Source: an uncultured Lachnospiraceae bacterium (GTDB lineage Bacteria; Bacillota; Clostridia; Christensenellales; UBA1242). From it: a DNA stretch of 64,000 bases. The position numbers and the translations under genes were made by a program. Positions within the stretch are counted from its first letter, which is position 1; every line of letters starts with the position of its first letter. The notes below the pieces were generated by a model. That model was given only the letters and a program-made list of their open reading frames with translations. It was not told where the DNA came from and ran no database searches. The DNA is taken from positions 66,544 to 130,543 of the forward strand of contig CAYLHO010000002.1 of NCBI GenBank assembly GCA_964383665.1, written 5' to 3'. Positions 63,212-64,000 of this stretch are shown here, piece by piece.

Positions 63212-64000
63212 TTAATTTTCAGTGTTGATTGTTGGGTTTAAATAGTCTGCAGGCAATTCATAAGGGGAGGGTTTGAGCGTGATAATTCCAGAATTTATTG
63301 GTTTAAAACCATAAAGCCTGTTTGAAAATGCAAGATTTTTGTGGGAATGGGCTTCATAAACTTGTTCCATAAGCCCTGCGTTTTTGAAACTGAAAACTTG
63401 ATTATGTCCAATTATCAAATGATCCACAACAACAATTCCATAAAGAGAAACCGCCTCCAAAATTGCAAGCGTTGCGTTAATGTCTTCGCCCGAAGGTTGA
63501 ATTTCGCCGTTTGGGTGGTTATGAGCAAGAACAATAACATTCGCTTTGTGTTGCAAAATTGTTTGAATGAGATTTGGAATGTCAATTCCAACCGAATTTA
63601 TGTTCCCGGTTGTAAGTTGTTCAACGCTTATAAACTCGCTTTTTGCTGTTAAAAGCGCAACATAAAATTCTTCAGTTGTTTTGCCAATGAAATAGTTTCT
63701 TAAAAGTTCTGAAAATTCATTTGTTGTTTGCAAAACCTTTCTCTTTTTAGGACGCGCACCTGTTTCAATTATGAAATGAATAATTTGTCCGTATGAAAGA
63801 AGAAATGATGCAATTTGCGGACCAACACCGTAAACGGAAAGAAGTTGGGTCATGCTTGAATTAATCACGTTTGAAAGTGAACCAAATTTATCAAGAAGAA
63901 CATGCGCAAGCGGATTAGTGTCACCTTGAGCAGTGCAAAGAGTTAAGAGATATTCAAGAATTTTAACTTCGCCAAGCGAATATGGGTTTGATGAGTAAAC
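63212..64000 (-). CDS. radC: RadC-like JAB-domain protein (5' end outside window)
   Basis: The frame stays open beyond the ORF-track start to the window edge (...YSLGEVKILEYLLTLCTAQGDTNPLAHVLLDKFGSLSNVINSS...GVGPQIA, the RadC HhH region). JAMM motif HNHPNGEIQPSGEDI. Confidence 0.85.
   Translation of the reverse strand, partial: VYSSNPYSLGEVKILEYLLTLCTAQGDTNPLAHVLLDKFGSLSNVINSSMTQLLSVYGVGPQIASFLLSYGQIIHFIIETGARPKKRKVLQTTNEFSELLRNYFIGKTTEEFYVALLTAKSEFISVEQLTTGNINSVGIDIPNLIQTILQHKANVIVLAHNHPNGEIQPSGEDINATLAILEAVSLYGIVVVDHLIIGHNQVFSFKNAGLMEQVYEAHSHKNLAFSNRLYGFKPINSGIITLKPSPYELPADYLNPTINTEN

Noticed and set aside
60349-64000. Considered calling a prophage or integrative element at the right end of the window (RadC, phosphoesterase, unknown proteins)
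   Set aside because: No integrase, terminase, capsid, portal or att repeat is visible. radC has a normal chromosomal-type sequence. Only a three-gene unknown operon can be supported.
1-64000. Considered an alternative genetic code (UGA = Trp) because of the very low GC
   Set aside because: Standard-code ORFs give full-length conserved proteins. Several genes end at TGA exactly where homologues end and the next RBS/start follows, for example spoVAD at 19445-19447 and murA at 53034-53036.

Overview
This is a 64-kb chromosomal segment of a low-GC, endospore-forming Firmicute with Clostridia-like features: spoIIAA-spoIIAB-sigF, spoIIE, a three-gene spoVAC-AD-AE operon, a SpoIIQ-like M23 protein and a PdaB-like deacetylase. 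Most of it is tightly packed core genes: mutS-mutL-miaA, trpS, dnaG-sigA, hisS-gltX, a rel/relA homologue, recD2-comFC, hup, infC-rpmI-rplT with an L20-type leader, yebC, queH, ddl, murA, ndk, an ABC-F ATPase and cmk. I folded 13 tRNA genes by eye, in six loci. I saw no rRNA, CRISPR array, intact IS or intact integrase.

Non-core content clusters next to tRNA genes:
- Three copies of a ~110-215 bp module sit 3' of tRNA-Thr(UGU), tRNA-Lys and tRNA-Thr(CGU). Each carries what looks like a decayed tyrosine-integrase 3' end and a 12-nt variable tandem repeat (2, 6 and 1 units).
- A GC-rich BclA-like collagen-repeat gene lies next to tRNA-Lys.
- A 113-bp direct repeat duplicates the 3' end of tRNA-Gly(UCC).
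- A disrupted SUKH-like gene and an XRE/SLOG gene pair sit in another tRNA island.

The least explained elements:
- A 2,724-aa secreted, C-terminally anchored protein (30469-38643) lies behind an extreme AT tract.
- A self-contained three-gene operon (metallophosphoesterase, a 433-aa unknown and a zinc-ribbon protein, 60349-63085) sits directly downstream of radC.
- A 607-aa Cys/Gly-repeat lipoprotein lies next to spoVA.
- The RelA/SpoT homologue has an apparently dead hydrolase domain.
- The YbiT-type ABC-F has one degenerate ATP site.

All calls rest on reading the sequence and translations by eye. No database or profile search was run.
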